This document shows positions 1 through 11,780 of a stretch of DNA of 21,535 nucleotides, piece after piece. Made by a program: the position numbers and the translations under genes. Each line of letters starts with the position of its first letter. Position 1 is the first letter of the stretch. The notes beneath the pieces are model-generated. The model searched no databases. It was not told where the DNA came from and saw only the letters and a list, made by a program, of their open reading frames with translations. Origin of the DNA: Myxococcota bacterium. GTDB taxonomy: Bacteria; Myxococcota_A; UBA796; GCA-2862545. The stretch is from assembly GCA_039208735.1 (NCBI GenBank), contig JBCCQY010000164.1, positions 1 to 21,535 of the forward strand, given 5' to 3'.

Positions 1-341
1 CCATCAGCCGTATATGCCGGTACATTTCTAGGTTGCGCTTCATCTACCCAGTAACCGACTAAACCATCGCAATCGCTTCTAGGTGCCACCGCCGCATCCA
101 CCGCACCGACCTGAAGGCCATGGACCTCGACGGGACCTTCCCCGATCCACTGCAGCGGATGTCCCCAAGACAGGGCTTCGAGGCCCGCCGCAGGCGAAGC
201 GAGCCCCACCGCAAAGAGGGTGAGGGCATCGGCGATGGCAACCCCTTCTGCCCCCACCGGCAACCGCACCACGCGTTCAAGCTCGCCTATGGCATCGGGC
301 GCATACCGAAGTCCTTCCGTCCGAAGCTCGGTCACATACAT
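1..341 (-). CDS. Hypothetical protein, partial (runs off the left edge); N-terminus loosely resembles ABC/SMC-type ATPase starts but has no Walker A lysine
   Basis: Absent from the ORF track because there is no stop in the window. Manual translation from ATG at 341 gives MYVTELRTEGLRYAPDAIGELERVVRLPVGAEGVAIADALTLFAVGL..., open to base 1. GGAG lies 8 nt upstream on the minus strand. Confidence 0.65.
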   Translation of the reverse strand, partial: MYVTELRTEGLRYAPDAIGELERVVRLPVGAEGVAIADALTLFAVGLASPAAGLEALSWGHPLQWIGEGPVEVHGLQVGAVDAAVAPRSDCDGLVGYWVDEAQPRNVPAYTAD

Positions 342-431
342 GAATGACTCTCCAATGCCGTGCAACGATCCGAAACACGGAACAGTGCTCACCTGGACGA
401 TACTGCGACTCTAAGAACTGGAGACTTGTTC

Positions 432-1028
432 GTGTCGTCGTTCCCCATCGCGCTGCAACCTCCATCCAACGAACACATCTTGTCCTTGGTCGGAGACCTC
501 GAGGCGTATGAGACCAACTACCCCGACGAATTGATCGGGGGAACCTGGGCGTCTTCGCTGCCCTCAGGTTGGTTTGGGGACGCTTCCGAGGTGGTCATCG
601 GTCACGGCGACGAGGTCTTCAAACGTGCCGTGGCGGCGCTGCACCGCTGGACCCAATTCGACCTCGAATGGACCCAGCCGCTGTCGCAGAACGTGCCCAT
701 CCTCGAAGGTCGGCTGTTCGCATTTACCTCCCGCCAACTCGGGGTTTGGTCGGTCAACGTTTGCCGAATCGTAAAGGTCGTCGACGACCGCGAGGGCGAC
801 GTTCGGCGGTTCGGCTTTTCCTACGGAACCCTCGATCGCCATGCGGTGCGGGGCGAAGAGCGATTCTTGGTGACCCATGATCGCAGCACCGATGAAGTGA
901 GGTTCGGAATTCGGAAATTTTCCCAGCCTGCCCATTGGTTGCTCTGGCTCGCCACCCCCGTGGTGCGCAGCATTCAGCACCGGTTTACGCGAGACGCGCT
1001 TTCGCGCATCGCTCGTGAGGTCCGGTGA
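432..1028 (+). CDS. DUF1990 (UPF0548) family protein, ~198 aa
   Basis: Motifs IGHGDEVFKRAVAALHRW, CRIVKVVD, RFGFSYGTLDRHAVRGEERF and FSQPA are typical of DUF1990. Start moved from 360 to GTG 432, which has GGAG at 420-423. Confidence 0.85.
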   Translation: MSSFPIALQPPSNEHILSLVGDLEAYETNYPDELIGGTWASSLPSGWFGDASEVVIGHGDEVFKRAVAALHRWTQFDLEWTQPLSQNVPILEGRLFAFTSRQLGVWSVNVCRIVKVVDDREGDVRRFGFSYGTLDRHAVRGEERFLVTHDRSTDEVRFGIRKFSQPAHWLLWLATPVVRSIQHRFTRDALSRIAREVR

Positions 1029-2059
1029 CACGGCCGGTCCTGGTGGCGGGCGCCACGGGCTTCGTGGGACGTCACGTCATCGAGCGACTGCTCGAACAGG
1101 GCCGAAGCGTGGTGGGGGGCACCCGAAATCCGGAGCGAGCCAAGCGCGGTGGACCGATAGGGACGCGCATCACCTGGCGGCGGTTCGACATCCGCGACCC
1201 CTCGAGTCATGACCCCGCCCTCGAAGGCATCGGAGACCTCGTCTACCTGGTCCACCTGATGCGGACCTCCGGCGGCAACCTCGTCGAACAGGAAGCGAAG
1301 TCCGCCCATCAGGTCGTCAAGGCGGCAGAACGCTCTGGGGTGCGGCGCATCGTTTACCTAGGCGGACCACAGCCCAACACGCGAGACACGCCTTCACATC
1401 ATCTGAATGCTCGCCTGGTCACCGGGTCCATTCTCCGCGCAAGCTCGGTGCCCACCGTCGAATTGCAGGCCGCCATGATCATCGGCGCGGAATCCGAGAG
1501 CTGGCGCATCGTACGGGATCTCGCACTGAGACTTCCCGTCATGGCCCTGCCCGTGTGGCTCGACCGCAAGAGCGAGCCGTTGGGTATCGACGATGTGGTC
1601 GACGCGATCGTAGGGGCCCTCGACCCCGCGGTCATCGCTCCGACCTGCCTTGCGTTGCCTGGGCCGGAGGCGGTCTCGGGCCGTGGCATCCTCGAACGAG
1701 TCGCCGCCCACGCCGGAATCCGGCCCATCATGGTCCCCATGCCCCTGCTCGGTCCAAAGGTCTCGAGCCACTGGATCCGCATCATCACGCGCGCCGATTT
1801 CACGGTGGCCCGTCAGCTCGTCGATGGTCTACGGGACGATCTCATCGCTACATCCCCCACGTGGTGGGAAGTCTCACGCCGCACCCCCACGTCGCTCGAC
1901 GAGGCGATTCAGCGTGCACTGCAGGCCGAACCTCCATCTTCGTTCCCTCCAATGCAGCGAACCTGGGAACGATTGGTCGCAGCGTTGTCATTTTCACCGG
2001 ACGAGGGAATTGCGGCTCCGGACCGGCATCGCAGGCCACCAGATGTTGCAGGCGGTTGA
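1025..2059 (+). CDS. NAD(P)-binding atypical SDR / NAD-dependent epimerase, YbjT-like, 344 aa
   Basis: Rossmann motif VLVAGATGFVG, plus YLVHLM, GVRRIVYLGG, SHHLNAR and AAMIIGAESESW. GTGA overlap with the upstream stop suggests translational coupling. Confidence 0.85.
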   Translation: MTRPVLVAGATGFVGRHVIERLLEQGRSVVGGTRNPERAKRGGPIGTRITWRRFDIRDPSSHDPALEGIGDLVYLVHLMRTSGGNLVEQEAKSAHQVVKAAERSGVRRIVYLGGPQPNTRDTPSHHLNARLVTGSILRASSVPTVELQAAMIIGAESESWRIVRDLALRLPVMALPVWLDRKSEPLGIDDVVDAIVGALDPAVIAPTCLALPGPEAVSGRGILERVAAHAGIRPIMVPMPLLGPKVSSHWIRIITRADFTVARQLVDGLRDDLIATSPTWWEVSRRTPTSLDEAIQRALQAEPPSSFPPMQRTWERLVAALSFSPDEGIAAPDRHRRPPDVAGG

Positions 2060-2162
2060 CCTGTTCACTCGCGTCTGGATACCGGACCGGCCACCTCACG
2101 GAACCGGGCGGCGACGATGAAAGCGCCCGGTGAATCCGCTGAAGCCAGCTGGAATCCACCGT

Positions 2163-2597
2163 ATGCGCATCATTCCCGATCTTACGCACACGCTCTACCT
2201 GACGATCCCCTTCTTCGTCGCGATGTTCGGCATGTACGCCATTCTGTGGCGTCCCCTCCTCGAATGGATGGAGGAGCGCGAGGGTCTCGAATCAAAAGCT
2301 CTTAAGGAAGCCGAAGAACTCGAAGACGCCGCCCGCGACCAGATGTCGCGAATCGAGTCGCGCCTCGCGGATGCGCAGCGCGAAGCTTCCGAAACCCGGG
2401 CCATCTCTCGGGAGCGGGCACTGTCGAAGGAAGCCGAAGTCATCGCGGCCGCCCGAACCAAGGCGGAGAAGCGGGTCGACGAAGAAATCAAGCGACTCGA
2501 GACCGAGCGCGAGGCGGCGCAGCATGCGCTGAAAGAGACAGCTCAAACGCTGTCCGACGCCATCGCGTCCCGTGTTCTCGGCCGCGAACTGTCCTAG
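2163..2597 (+). CDS. atpF2: ATP synthase F0 subunit b' (peripheral stalk), ~144 aa
   Basis: Single N-terminal TM helix (LYLTIPFFVAMFGMYAILWRPLLEWMEERE), then an Ala/Glu/Arg coiled coil ending IASRVLGREL. First gene of the atp block. The start at ATG 2163 is inferred; the track gives 2130. Confidence 0.88.
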   Translation: MRIIPDLTHTLYLTIPFFVAMFGMYAILWRPLLEWMEEREGLESKALKEAEELEDAARDQMSRIESRLADAQREASETRAISRERALSKEAEVIAAARTKAEKRVDEEIKRLETEREAAQHALKETAQTLSDAIASRVLGRELS

Positions 2598-2607
2598 GGA
2601 GCGCCTC

Positions 2608-3306
2608 ATGCTTCGACTGACGAATCTCCGAAGGGCGCTTGCCCTGCGGCTTGGCTACCTGCCTCTCTTGGCGCTGTTTGCGTTCTTTGCGGCAGGTCCT
2701 GCGTTGGCCTCCGGCGGTGGGGGCCATGGCGACGACCACGGCGGGCACCACGCGAGCTACACGGGCGACGAAGACCGCGATGGAATCCCGAACTGGCGCG
2801 ACCCGGGCAACGAGGCCTACGTCTGCGGCGAAGTCGGTTTTCACACCTTCAATTTGATGCTCTTCATCGGCATCATCGTCTACCTGGCGCGGCGTCCCAT
2901 GATGGACACCTTCCGCGACCGGGCCCTCGACATCCGCAAGGGCCTCACGGACTCGGCTCGCCAACGCGATGAAGCCCATCAGCGGCATCAAGAATTCGTC
3001 GCCCGGCTCGACGCCATCGAGCAGGAAGTCGCCGGCATGGAAGCCAAGGCGAAGACCGACGCCGAGGCCGAAGAGGCAAGCCTCGCGGCGCGCGCCGAAG
3101 AAGCCGCCACCCGCATCGCCGAGCAAGCCGAGCGGAGCATCCAGGACGAAGCCCGTCGAGCCCGCCTTGCCCTTCGCAAGGACGCCGTCGAGCTGGCCGT
3201 ACAGCTGGCCGAGACCACGCTTCAGAGCAAGGTCTCGACCGATGACCAGCAGAAGCTTGCCACCGAGTTCCTCGCCACGCTGAAGGGAGGCGACCATGGC
3301 CAATGA
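2608..3306 (+). CDS. atpF: ATP synthase F0 subunit b with signal-peptide-like, His-rich N-terminal extension, ~232 aa
   Basis: TM segment FNLMLFIGIIVYLARRP, a coiled coil, and C-terminal AVELAVQLAE...DDQQKLATEF. It lies between b' and delta. SD GGGAG precedes ATG 2608. Confidence 0.92.
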   Translation: MLRLTNLRRALALRLGYLPLLALFAFFAAGPALASGGGGHGDDHGGHHASYTGDEDRDGIPNWRDPGNEAYVCGEVGFHTFNLMLFIGIIVYLARRPMMDTFRDRALDIRKGLTDSARQRDEAHQRHQEFVARLDAIEQEVAGMEAKAKTDAEAEEASLAARAEEAATRIAEQAERSIQDEARRARLALRKDAVELAVQLAETTLQSKVSTDDQQKLATEFLATLKGGDHGQ

Positions 3307-3862
3307 GCAGAGCGTCGCGCGTCGCTACGCGCAGGCGATGGTGGAAGTCGCCGCCGAGGCCGACCTCGTGGACCAGGTGGCGGAACAGCTCACCGGCTTT
3401 GAGCAGGTACTGAAGGACCATGACGGCGCACTGGGCGATGCCCTGCAGTCGCCGGTGTTCACCGTCGATGAGCGTCGCAAAGTGCTCGACGCGGTGTTTC
3501 CCAAGCTCGACCTGCCGACCCTGACCCAGAATCTCATTCGTTTGCTCAACGACAACGGCCGTATGGGCATTCTCGGTGATATCACCGAAGCCTATCGGGA
3601 GCTCGCCGACGAGCGCGCGGGCCGTGTCCGCGTCCAGGTGACGTCGGCCGAACCGCTCACCGAGGCCCTCGAGGCCGACGTCAAGGCCGCACTTGAGGCC
3701 TCCACCGGCAAGACCGTCGTGATCGAGTCCCTGGTCGACCCGTCCCTTCTTGGGGGACTGGTGGCCCGCGTTGGCTCCATCGTCTACGACAGCTCGCTTC
3801 GCACCCGTCTTCAGAACATCAAGGGGGCGCTGCTCGCAGGCGCGCCCGTGGCCCAGGCCTAG
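3296..3862 (+). CDS. atpH: ATP synthase F1 subunit delta, 188 aa
   Basis: [30 protein letters not shown] and [26 protein letters not shown] motifs; operon position. Confidence 0.97.
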   Translation: MANEQSVARRYAQAMVEVAAEADLVDQVAEQLTGFEQVLKDHDGALGDALQSPVFTVDERRKVLDAVFPKLDLPTLTQNLIRLLNDNGRMGILGDITEAYRELADERAGRVRVQVTSAEPLTEALEADVKAALEASTGKTVVIESLVDPSLLGGLVARVGSIVYDSSLRTRLQNIKGALLAGAPVAQA

Positions 3863-3875
3863 GGGAGAATCCGCC

Positions 3876-5402
3876 ATGGAGATCCGCGCGGACGAAATCA
3901 GCCAGATCCTCAAGGATCAAATCAAGAACTACGAGGCCCGCGTCTCGGTCACCGAGACCGGCACCATCCTCTCGGTCGGCGACGGGATTGCCCGTATCCA
4001 CGGCCTCGAGAATGCCCTGGCCGGCGAGCTCATCGAGTTCCCCGGCGACGTTGTGGGCATGGTTCTGAACCTCGAAGACGACAACGTGGGTGTCGCCATC
4101 TTCGGGTCCGACACGAACATCCACGAGGGCGATGAGGTCAAGCGAACCGGCCGCATCGTCGAGGTTGGGGTGGGCCCCGCCTACATGGGCCGCGTGGTTG
4201 ACGCGCTTGGAAACCCCATCGACGGCATGGGAGAGATCGAAGCGGTCGAGCGTCGCATCATCGAGACCAAGGCCCCAGGCATCATCCCGCGCACCTCGGT
4301 CCACGAACCGATGCAGACGGGCATCAAGGCCATCGATGCCATGACCCCGGTGGGTCGTGGGCAGCGCGAACTCATCATCGGGGACCGCCAGACGGGCAAG
4401 ACCGCGGTGGCGGTCGACACCATCCTCGCCCAAAAGGTGTTCAAGGACGACCCGAAGCGGAAGGTGCACTGCATCTACGTTGCCGTCGGTCAGAAGCTGT
4501 CGTCCATCGCACAGCTCACCGAACGCCTGCGGAACTACGGGGCCCTCGAATACACCACGATCGTGGCTGCACCGGCCGCGAGCCCCGCTCCGCTGCAGTT
4601 CCTCGCGCCCTTCACGGGAGCGACCATCGGCGAGTACTTCCGCGACAACGGCATGCACGCCCTCATCATCTACGATGACCTGTCGAAGCACGCCGTGGCC
4701 TATCGCCAGCTGTCGCTGCTCCTGCGTCGTCCGCCGGGTCGCGAAGCCTACCCGGGTGATGTTTTCTACCTGCACAGCCGGTTGCTCGAGCGGGCGGCGA
4801 AGATGAGCCCCGAGCGTGGCGGCGGGTCGCTCACCGCACTGCCCATCATCGAGACCCAAGCCGGCGACGTTTCGGCCTACGTGCCCACGAACGTCATCTC
4901 GATCACCGACGGCCAGATTTACCTCGAGACGGACCTGTTCAACGCCGGTCAGCGTCCTGCGGTGAACGTGGGTCTGTCGGTGAGCCGCGTGGGTGGTGCC
5001 GCCCAGATCAAGGCGATGAAGGAAGTTGCGGGGACCCTGCGCCTCGATCTCGCGAACTACCGTGAGCTGGCTGCATTCTCGCAGTTTGCGTCCGACCTCG
5101 ATGCCGCCACCAAGCAGACGCTGGCCCGTGGCGCCCGGTTGACCGAACTCCTCAAGCAGGGCCAGTTCTCGCCGCTGCCTGCCGAGCAGCAGGTCGTTCA
5201 GCTGCTTGCGGGTACCACGGGCGTGATGGACGAATACGAGATGTCGCAGATCGGCCCCTTCGCAAAGGCGTTGGTCGACCACTTCATCGCCAACAAGTCC
5301 GAGCTGCTCACCGAGATCGTCGAAAAGGGCACGCTGAAGAAGGACAACCTTCGCGACCGCGTGCTGACCGAGATCAAGTCGTTCGCTAGCACCTGGAAGT
5401 GA
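3876..5402 (+). CDS. atpA: ATP synthase F1 subunit alpha, 508 aa
   Basis: MEIRADEIS start with SD GGGGAG; VGDGIAR; Walker [49 protein letters not shown]. Confidence 0.99.
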   Translation: MEIRADEISQILKDQIKNYEARVSVTETGTILSVGDGIARIHGLENALAGELIEFPGDVVGMVLNLEDDNVGVAIFGSDTNIHEGDEVKRTGRIVEVGVGPAYMGRVVDALGNPIDGMGEIEAVERRIIETKAPGIIPRTSVHEPMQTGIKAIDAMTPVGRGQRELIIGDRQTGKTAVAVDTILAQKVFKDDPKRKVHCIYVAVGQKLSSIAQLTERLRNYGALEYTTIVAAPAASPAPLQFLAPFTGATIGEYFRDNGMHALIIYDDLSKHAVAYRQLSLLLRRPPGREAYPGDVFYLHSRLLERAAKMSPERGGGSLTALPIIETQAGDVSAYVPTNVISITDGQIYLETDLFNAGQRPAVNVGLSVSRVGGAAQIKAMKEVAGTLRLDLANYRELAAFSQFASDLDAATKQTLARGARLTELLKQGQFSPLPAEQQVVQLLAGTTGVMDEYEMSQIGPFAKALVDHFIANKSELLTEIVEKGTLKKDNLRDRVLTEIKSFASTWK

Positions 5403-5406
5403 TCGC

Positions 5407-7754
<2,348 letters not shown>

Positions 7755-7758
7755 GACC

Positions 7759-8160
7759 ATGGCGACGCCGATGCTTCAGGTCGACATCGTCACCCCCGAG
7801 GCCAGCGCGTTCTCGGGTGAGGCCTCCGAGGTGCTGCTTCCCGCATGGGAAGGCCAGCTCGGCGTCTATCCGGGCCACGACACCTTGTTGTCGCTGATTC
7901 GAGCCGGTCGCTGCGAAGTGACCACCGCCGATGGCGTAACAAAGTACGTGGTAGGCCGGGGATTTGCCGATATCGGTCCCGACCACGTCACCATTTTGAC
8001 GGACCGTTTCGAAAAGCTCGAAGCGGTCGATAAGGCCGAGGCGCAGGCCGACCTCGACGCAGCGGAGAAAGAGCTGCTCGAGTCGGACGCCTCGAGCGAG
8101 CGTTGGAACCAGGCACAGATCGCCTTGGAGCACGCTCGCGCGCGGCTCGCGGGCGACTGA
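7759..8160 (+). CDS. atpC: ATP synthase F1 subunit epsilon, 133 aa
   Basis: LQVDIVTPE, PAWEGQLGVYPGH, GFADI and a C-terminal helical hairpin ending ARARL; last gene of the atp block. Confidence 0.97.
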   Translation: MATPMLQVDIVTPEASAFSGEASEVLLPAWEGQLGVYPGHDTLLSLIRAGRCEVTTADGVTKYVVGRGFADIGPDHVTILTDRFEKLEAVDKAEAQADLDAAEKELLESDASSERWNQAQIALEHARARLAGD

Positions 8161-8232
8161 CCCAACCGCCCGCGGTTGCGAACCGGCTGCGGATCCGACA
8201 CATTCCCCTCCGACTGTGCAGAGGGGGGAATC

Positions 8233-8673
8233 GTGGACACCCGACGCTTCGGGCTCGACGAAGTCGAGCGGGAGCTGCTCCAACGGGGGCTTTGGGAGTG
8301 GTCCGGGCCCGCGAAACCCACGGAGGAGCTTGCCCTCGCCATGGGCTTCGACAGTGTGGCGGCGCTGCACGCCGAGGCGGACCGGCTCTCCATTCTGCTC
8401 GAGGCCGACGCCCCGATGGCGCTCGATGACTGGATGCGGGCGCTCCTGGCGACCGAAATCGTCTTCGTCAGCAACACGGTTGGCTCGGGACGGGACTGGG
8501 TACACACCACCGGCTGGTCCGATGCCGAGACGCTCGAAATGCTGCGGACCATCCAGAGCAAACTGACCCGCCACCTGCGACCGATCATCGGTCGAGGGTT
8601 TGGAACGCGGCTCCCCCGGAATGGTCCACCGCCCACTCCCCAGGGCCAGGGGAATGCACCCGACACAGAGTAG
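8233..8673 (+). CDS. Conserved hypothetical protein, ~146 aa, resembling a family I recall from actinobacteria
   Basis: Protein-like sequence with ERELLQRGLWEWSGPA, AMGF, DWMRALLATEIVFVS and GSGRDWVHTTGWSDAETLEMLR. A purine-rich SD (GAGGGGGG) precedes GTG 8233. Confidence 0.75.
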   Translation: MDTRRFGLDEVERELLQRGLWEWSGPAKPTEELALAMGFDSVAALHAEADRLSILLEADAPMALDDWMRALLATEIVFVSNTVGSGRDWVHTTGWSDAETLEMLRTIQSKLTRHLRPIIGRGFGTRLPRNGPPPTPQGQGNAPDTE

Positions 8674-8685
8674 GGGCGCCCCCTA
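8671..8685. other. Short inverted repeat TAGGGG-cgc-CCCCTA made of the two convergent stop codons
   Basis: Seen directly: 6-bp stem with a 3-nt loop. There is no U-tract, so a terminator role is unproven. Confidence 0.4.
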
Positions 8686-10008
8686 AGCGTTGCGAAGGCG
8701 ATCGGCGACAGTGTCGAGCGCCATCTTTCGGCTTCCTTTGAGCAACACCACGCGCCCGTCGCCCATCTGCAACTCCGGCACGGCCTCTGAGGTATCGACC
8801 ACGACCGCACCAGGCGGCGCGACCGCGCCAAACGCAGGCCCCACCAAGATCAGCTGGTCTGCGACCTGCTCGGCTACCGCAGCGAGATCTCGGTGGTACT
8901 CGGCGGACGCCGCCCCCAGCTCGAGCATGTCGCCCAGCACCGCGGTTCGATGTCCGGGCAGGGTCGCCAACAGGTCCAGCGCCCCCCGCATCGACACGGG
9001 GTTGGCATTGTAAGTGTCGTCGATGAGCAGGCCGCCGCTCTGTCGTTCCACCCTCAAACGGGGACCGGTTGGCGTGTACTGCTCAAAGGCCTGGGCGGCC
9101 GCCGCGAGGTCCACCCCCTCTCCCCACGCCACCGCGAGTGCGATGGCCGCATTGCGTGCGATGACGGGGCCGATCGAAGGCAGCCGAGCTGACACCATGC
9201 CTTGCGGTGTTCGCCATTCGGCTTTGGTGCAAAGCGCAGCGAGGTCCGTTTCCATCCGCACCAGCTCGATGTCCCCTCCCAGACCGTGCGTGATGCGTTG
9301 CGTTCCCTCGGGCAACGTCCACTCCCGAGTGCGGACATCATCCAGGTTCACCACGCAGCGATCGCCAGGCCGAGCTGCGTCGAACAGGGCACGCTTTTCC
9401 ACCTCGACACCGCCAAGATCTCCCAGTCTCTCAAGATGGGCGGGACCTACGCTCACCACCACTCGACACGATGGTTCGGTCACCGACGCCAAATACGCAA
9501 TCTCACCAGGTTTAAAACTCGCAAGTTCGAGTACTGCAGCATCAACGGTGTCGGGCAGCCCCAACAAGGCATGCAGCGTGCCCGTCCGACTGTTGTTCAT
9601 GTCCGTTCGATAGACGGAGCCTTGGACGGACAAGGCGAGCCCAACCAGATCTCGCGTCGTGGTCTTTCCGGTGCTCCCGGTGATTCCCACGAGGGGCCCC
9701 GAAAAGCGTCGCCGCGCGGTGCGGGCCAGATCCGCCATCGCTCGCCAGGTGTCTTCGACCACGACCATGCCTACGTCACCGACCGGAATGGGGTGCTGGA
9801 CGATCACCCCGGCCACCCCTTTGGCAACTACGTTCGGCACGTTCACATGGTCGTCGTAGCCGTCCCCGGTCAAGGCCACGAACCACTCACCGGACTGAAC
9901 GTCGATGCAATGAGCGGTCACTCGCCCCGCCGGACCGGGCCGTACGACAGACCCGCCCGTGGCCGTCGCAATCGCCGCACTGTCGAAGGTGAATCGAGAG
10001 GAGGTCAT
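8683..10008 (-). CDS. murF: MurF-like Mur ligase (UDP-MurNAc-tripeptide:D-Ala-D-Ala ligase family), divergent and outside a dcw cluster, 441 aa
   Basis: P-loop [11 protein letters not shown], plus [31 protein letters not shown] and [15 protein letters not shown] overlap with the ABC gene stop. Confidence 0.85.
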   Translation of the reverse strand: MTSSRFTFDSAAIATATGGSVVRPGPAGRVTAHCIDVQSGEWFVALTGDGYDDHVNVPNVVAKGVAGVIVQHPIPVGDVGMVVVEDTWRAMADLARTARRRFSGPLVGITGSTGKTTTRDLVGLALSVQGSVYRTDMNNSRTGTLHALLGLPDTVDAAVLELASFKPGEIAYLASVTEPSCRVVVSVGPAHLERLGDLGGVEVEKRALFDAARPGDRCVVNLDDVRTREWTLPEGTQRITHGLGGDIELVRMETDLAALCTKAEWRTPQGMVSARLPSIGPVIARNAAIALAVAWGEGVDLAAAAQAFEQYTPTGPRLRVERQSGGLLIDDTYNANPVSMRGALDLLATLPGHRTAVLGDMLELGAASAEYHRDLAAVAEQVADQLILVGPAFGAVAPPGAVVVDTSEAVPELQMGDGRVVLLKGSRKMALDTVADRLRNA

Positions 10009-11771
10009 GCCGCCGCAACTTCACCCGTTTGCACGGCCCACAACCTTGCGTAGGCTCCGCGACGCGCCAACAACGCTTCGTGGGTGCCCTCTTCAACCAC
10101 CTCACCCTGCTCGAGAACGATGATGCGGTCCGCGTTGCGCACGGTCGACAGCCGGTGGGCGATCACGACCGACGTTCGTCCCACGGTGGCTTTGACGAGC
10201 GACCGCTGAATCGCCGCCTCCGTCTCGTTGTCGACGGCACTCGTCGCCTCGTCAAGCACGAGGATCGGGGGGTCCCGGAGCAGGGCTCGGGCTAAGGCCA
10301 GGCGCTGACGCTGCCCTCCCGACAGCTTTTGCCCTCGCTCGCCAATTCGCGTGTGGTAGCCCTCGGGAAGGCCGACGATGAACTCATGCGCCTCCGCGGC
10401 TCGGGCCGCCGCTTCGACTTCCGCATCGTTCGCCTCGGGCCTGCCGTAGCGGAGGTTTTCGGCCACCGTGCCGCCAAAGAGGAACACATGCTGGGAAACG
10501 AGCCCGGTCGCCCCTCGCAGTTCGTCGAGTTGGTAGTCCCGTAGGTCTCGACCATCGAGTTCGATCCGTCCCGACGTCGGGTCATACAGGCGCAGGAGCA
10601 ACCGAACGACACTCGATTTGCCGGCTCCGGTCGGACCGACGATGGCCACCGTTTGTCCTCCGGGAATCTCGAGCGAGAGGTTTTTGAGAACCGGCGGACG
10701 ACCCGGGTAGGCGAAACTCACATCGATGAACCGCAAGGTCGCTCGAGGTTGGGCCAAGGATTCGGCGCCCGGCTGCTCGGTCACCGGCGTGTCGAGCAGG
10801 TCGAGCACGCGAGCCGTGGAGGCCATCGCGCGCTGGTAGAGATCAAAGGTCTGGCCAAGCTTGGTGAGGGGCCACAACAGGCGTTGGGTGAGGAACACCA
10901 GCACCGAGTAGCTACCCACCGCGATGGTGCCCTGAATCGCCATCGAGCCGCCCACCACGAGCGTGCCCGTGAACCCAACCACGATCAGCATCCGGATCAA
11001 CGGCGAAAAGGCACTCGACAGGGCAATGGCGTGGCGATTGCTCTGTCGGTACTCATCGGAAAGTCCACGGATTCGCTCGACTTCCCGAGATTCGGCCACG
11101 AAGGCTTTGACCGTCTCGATGCCCGACAAGTTGTTGGCCAGCTGCCCCGCAACGTCCGCAGCGCGCTGCCGGACATCGGCATAGCGGGGGGCAATCGAAG
11201 CTTGAAAGCGGAAACTGCCCCAGAGGATGAACGGTACCGGGGCCACCGCAATCATCGCGACCAACGGCGAAACGTAGACGAACACGGCCCCTACGGCCAC
11301 ACAGGTGGTCGTCACCTGAATGATGTCGTTCGCCCCCCCATCGAGGAAGCGTTCGAGCTGATTGACATCGTCGTTGAGGATGGCGAGCAAACCCCCCGTA
11401 CTGCGTTCGGTGTGCCAGCTCATCGACAGCCGTTGCACATGCGCGTACGCGTCAAGTCGGAGGTCGTGCTGAAGGCCCTGGGCAAGGTTGCGCCAGCCGA
11501 CCTGGAACAGGTACTCGAAAAGACTCTCCGCGCCCCAGATCAAAACCGTGAGCACCGCCAACGCCACGAGCTGAAGTTGCACGTCTTCGACCCCCACCCG
11601 GGCGAGGAAGCTCGTGTCCTGCTCGACCACCGTGTCGACGGCGAGGCCAATGAGCAAGGGCGGAGCAAGGTCGAAGAGTTTGTTGAGCACGCTGAAGGTG
11701 CTCGCCCAGGCCACGGCCCGACGGTGTGCGGTCGCGTAGCTCAGCAGGCGTCGGAGCGGATGTTCGCTCAC
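10005..11771 (-). CDS. ABC exporter, fused TMD + NBD half-transporter (MsbA/MdlB-like), 588 aa
   Basis: N-terminal multi-TM domain; Walker [10 protein letters not shown]-loop [11 protein letters not shown]; Walker [23 protein letters not shown] precedes GTG 11771. Confidence 0.96.
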   Translation of the reverse strand: MSEHPLRRLLSYATAHRRAVAWASTFSVLNKLFDLAPPLLIGLAVDTVVEQDTSFLARVGVEDVQLQLVALAVLTVLIWGAESLFEYLFQVGWRNLAQGLQHDLRLDAYAHVQRLSMSWHTERSTGGLLAILNDDVNQLERFLDGGANDIIQVTTTCVAVGAVFVYVSPLVAMIAVAPVPFILWGSFRFQASIAPRYADVRQRAADVAGQLANNLSGIETVKAFVAESREVERIRGLSDEYRQSNRHAIALSSAFSPLIRMLIVVGFTGTLVVGGSMAIQGTIAVGSYSVLVFLTQRLLWPLTKLGQTFDLYQRAMASTARVLDLLDTPVTEQPGAESLAQPRATLRFIDVSFAYPGRPPVLKNLSLEIPGGQTVAIVGPTGAGKSSVVRLLLRLYDPTSGRIELDGRDLRDYQLDELRGATGLVSQHVFLFGGTVAENLRYGRPEANDAEVEAAARAAEAHEFIVGLPEGYHTRIGERGQKLSGGQRQRLALARALLRDPPILVLDEATSAVDNETEAAIQRSLVKATVGRTSVVIAHRLSTVRNADRIIVLEQGEVVEEGTHEALLARRGAYARLWAVQTGEVAAA

Positions 11772-11780
11772 GCGGTCTCC

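Noticed and set aside
59..465. Short ORFs from the track at the left edge (59-280, 120-347, 220-414, 277-465)
   Set aside because: Better explained by the SD-supported minus-strand ORF starting at 341 and by DUF1990 starting at 432.
2608..2650. RR in the AtpF leader (TNLRRALAL) as a Tat signal
   Set aside because: Poor match to the S/T-R-R-x-F-L-K consensus, and Arg pairs are common in GC-rich leaders.
3750..3875. N-terminal extension of AtpA in the ORF track
   Set aside because: It overlaps atpH; the canonical start MEIRADEI with a strong SD is at 3876.
8163..8178. CAACCGC-cc-GCGGTTG hairpin after atpC as an intrinsic terminator
   Set aside because: Short stem, minimal loop and no U-tract; it may be a pause or stabilising element but cannot be called a terminator.
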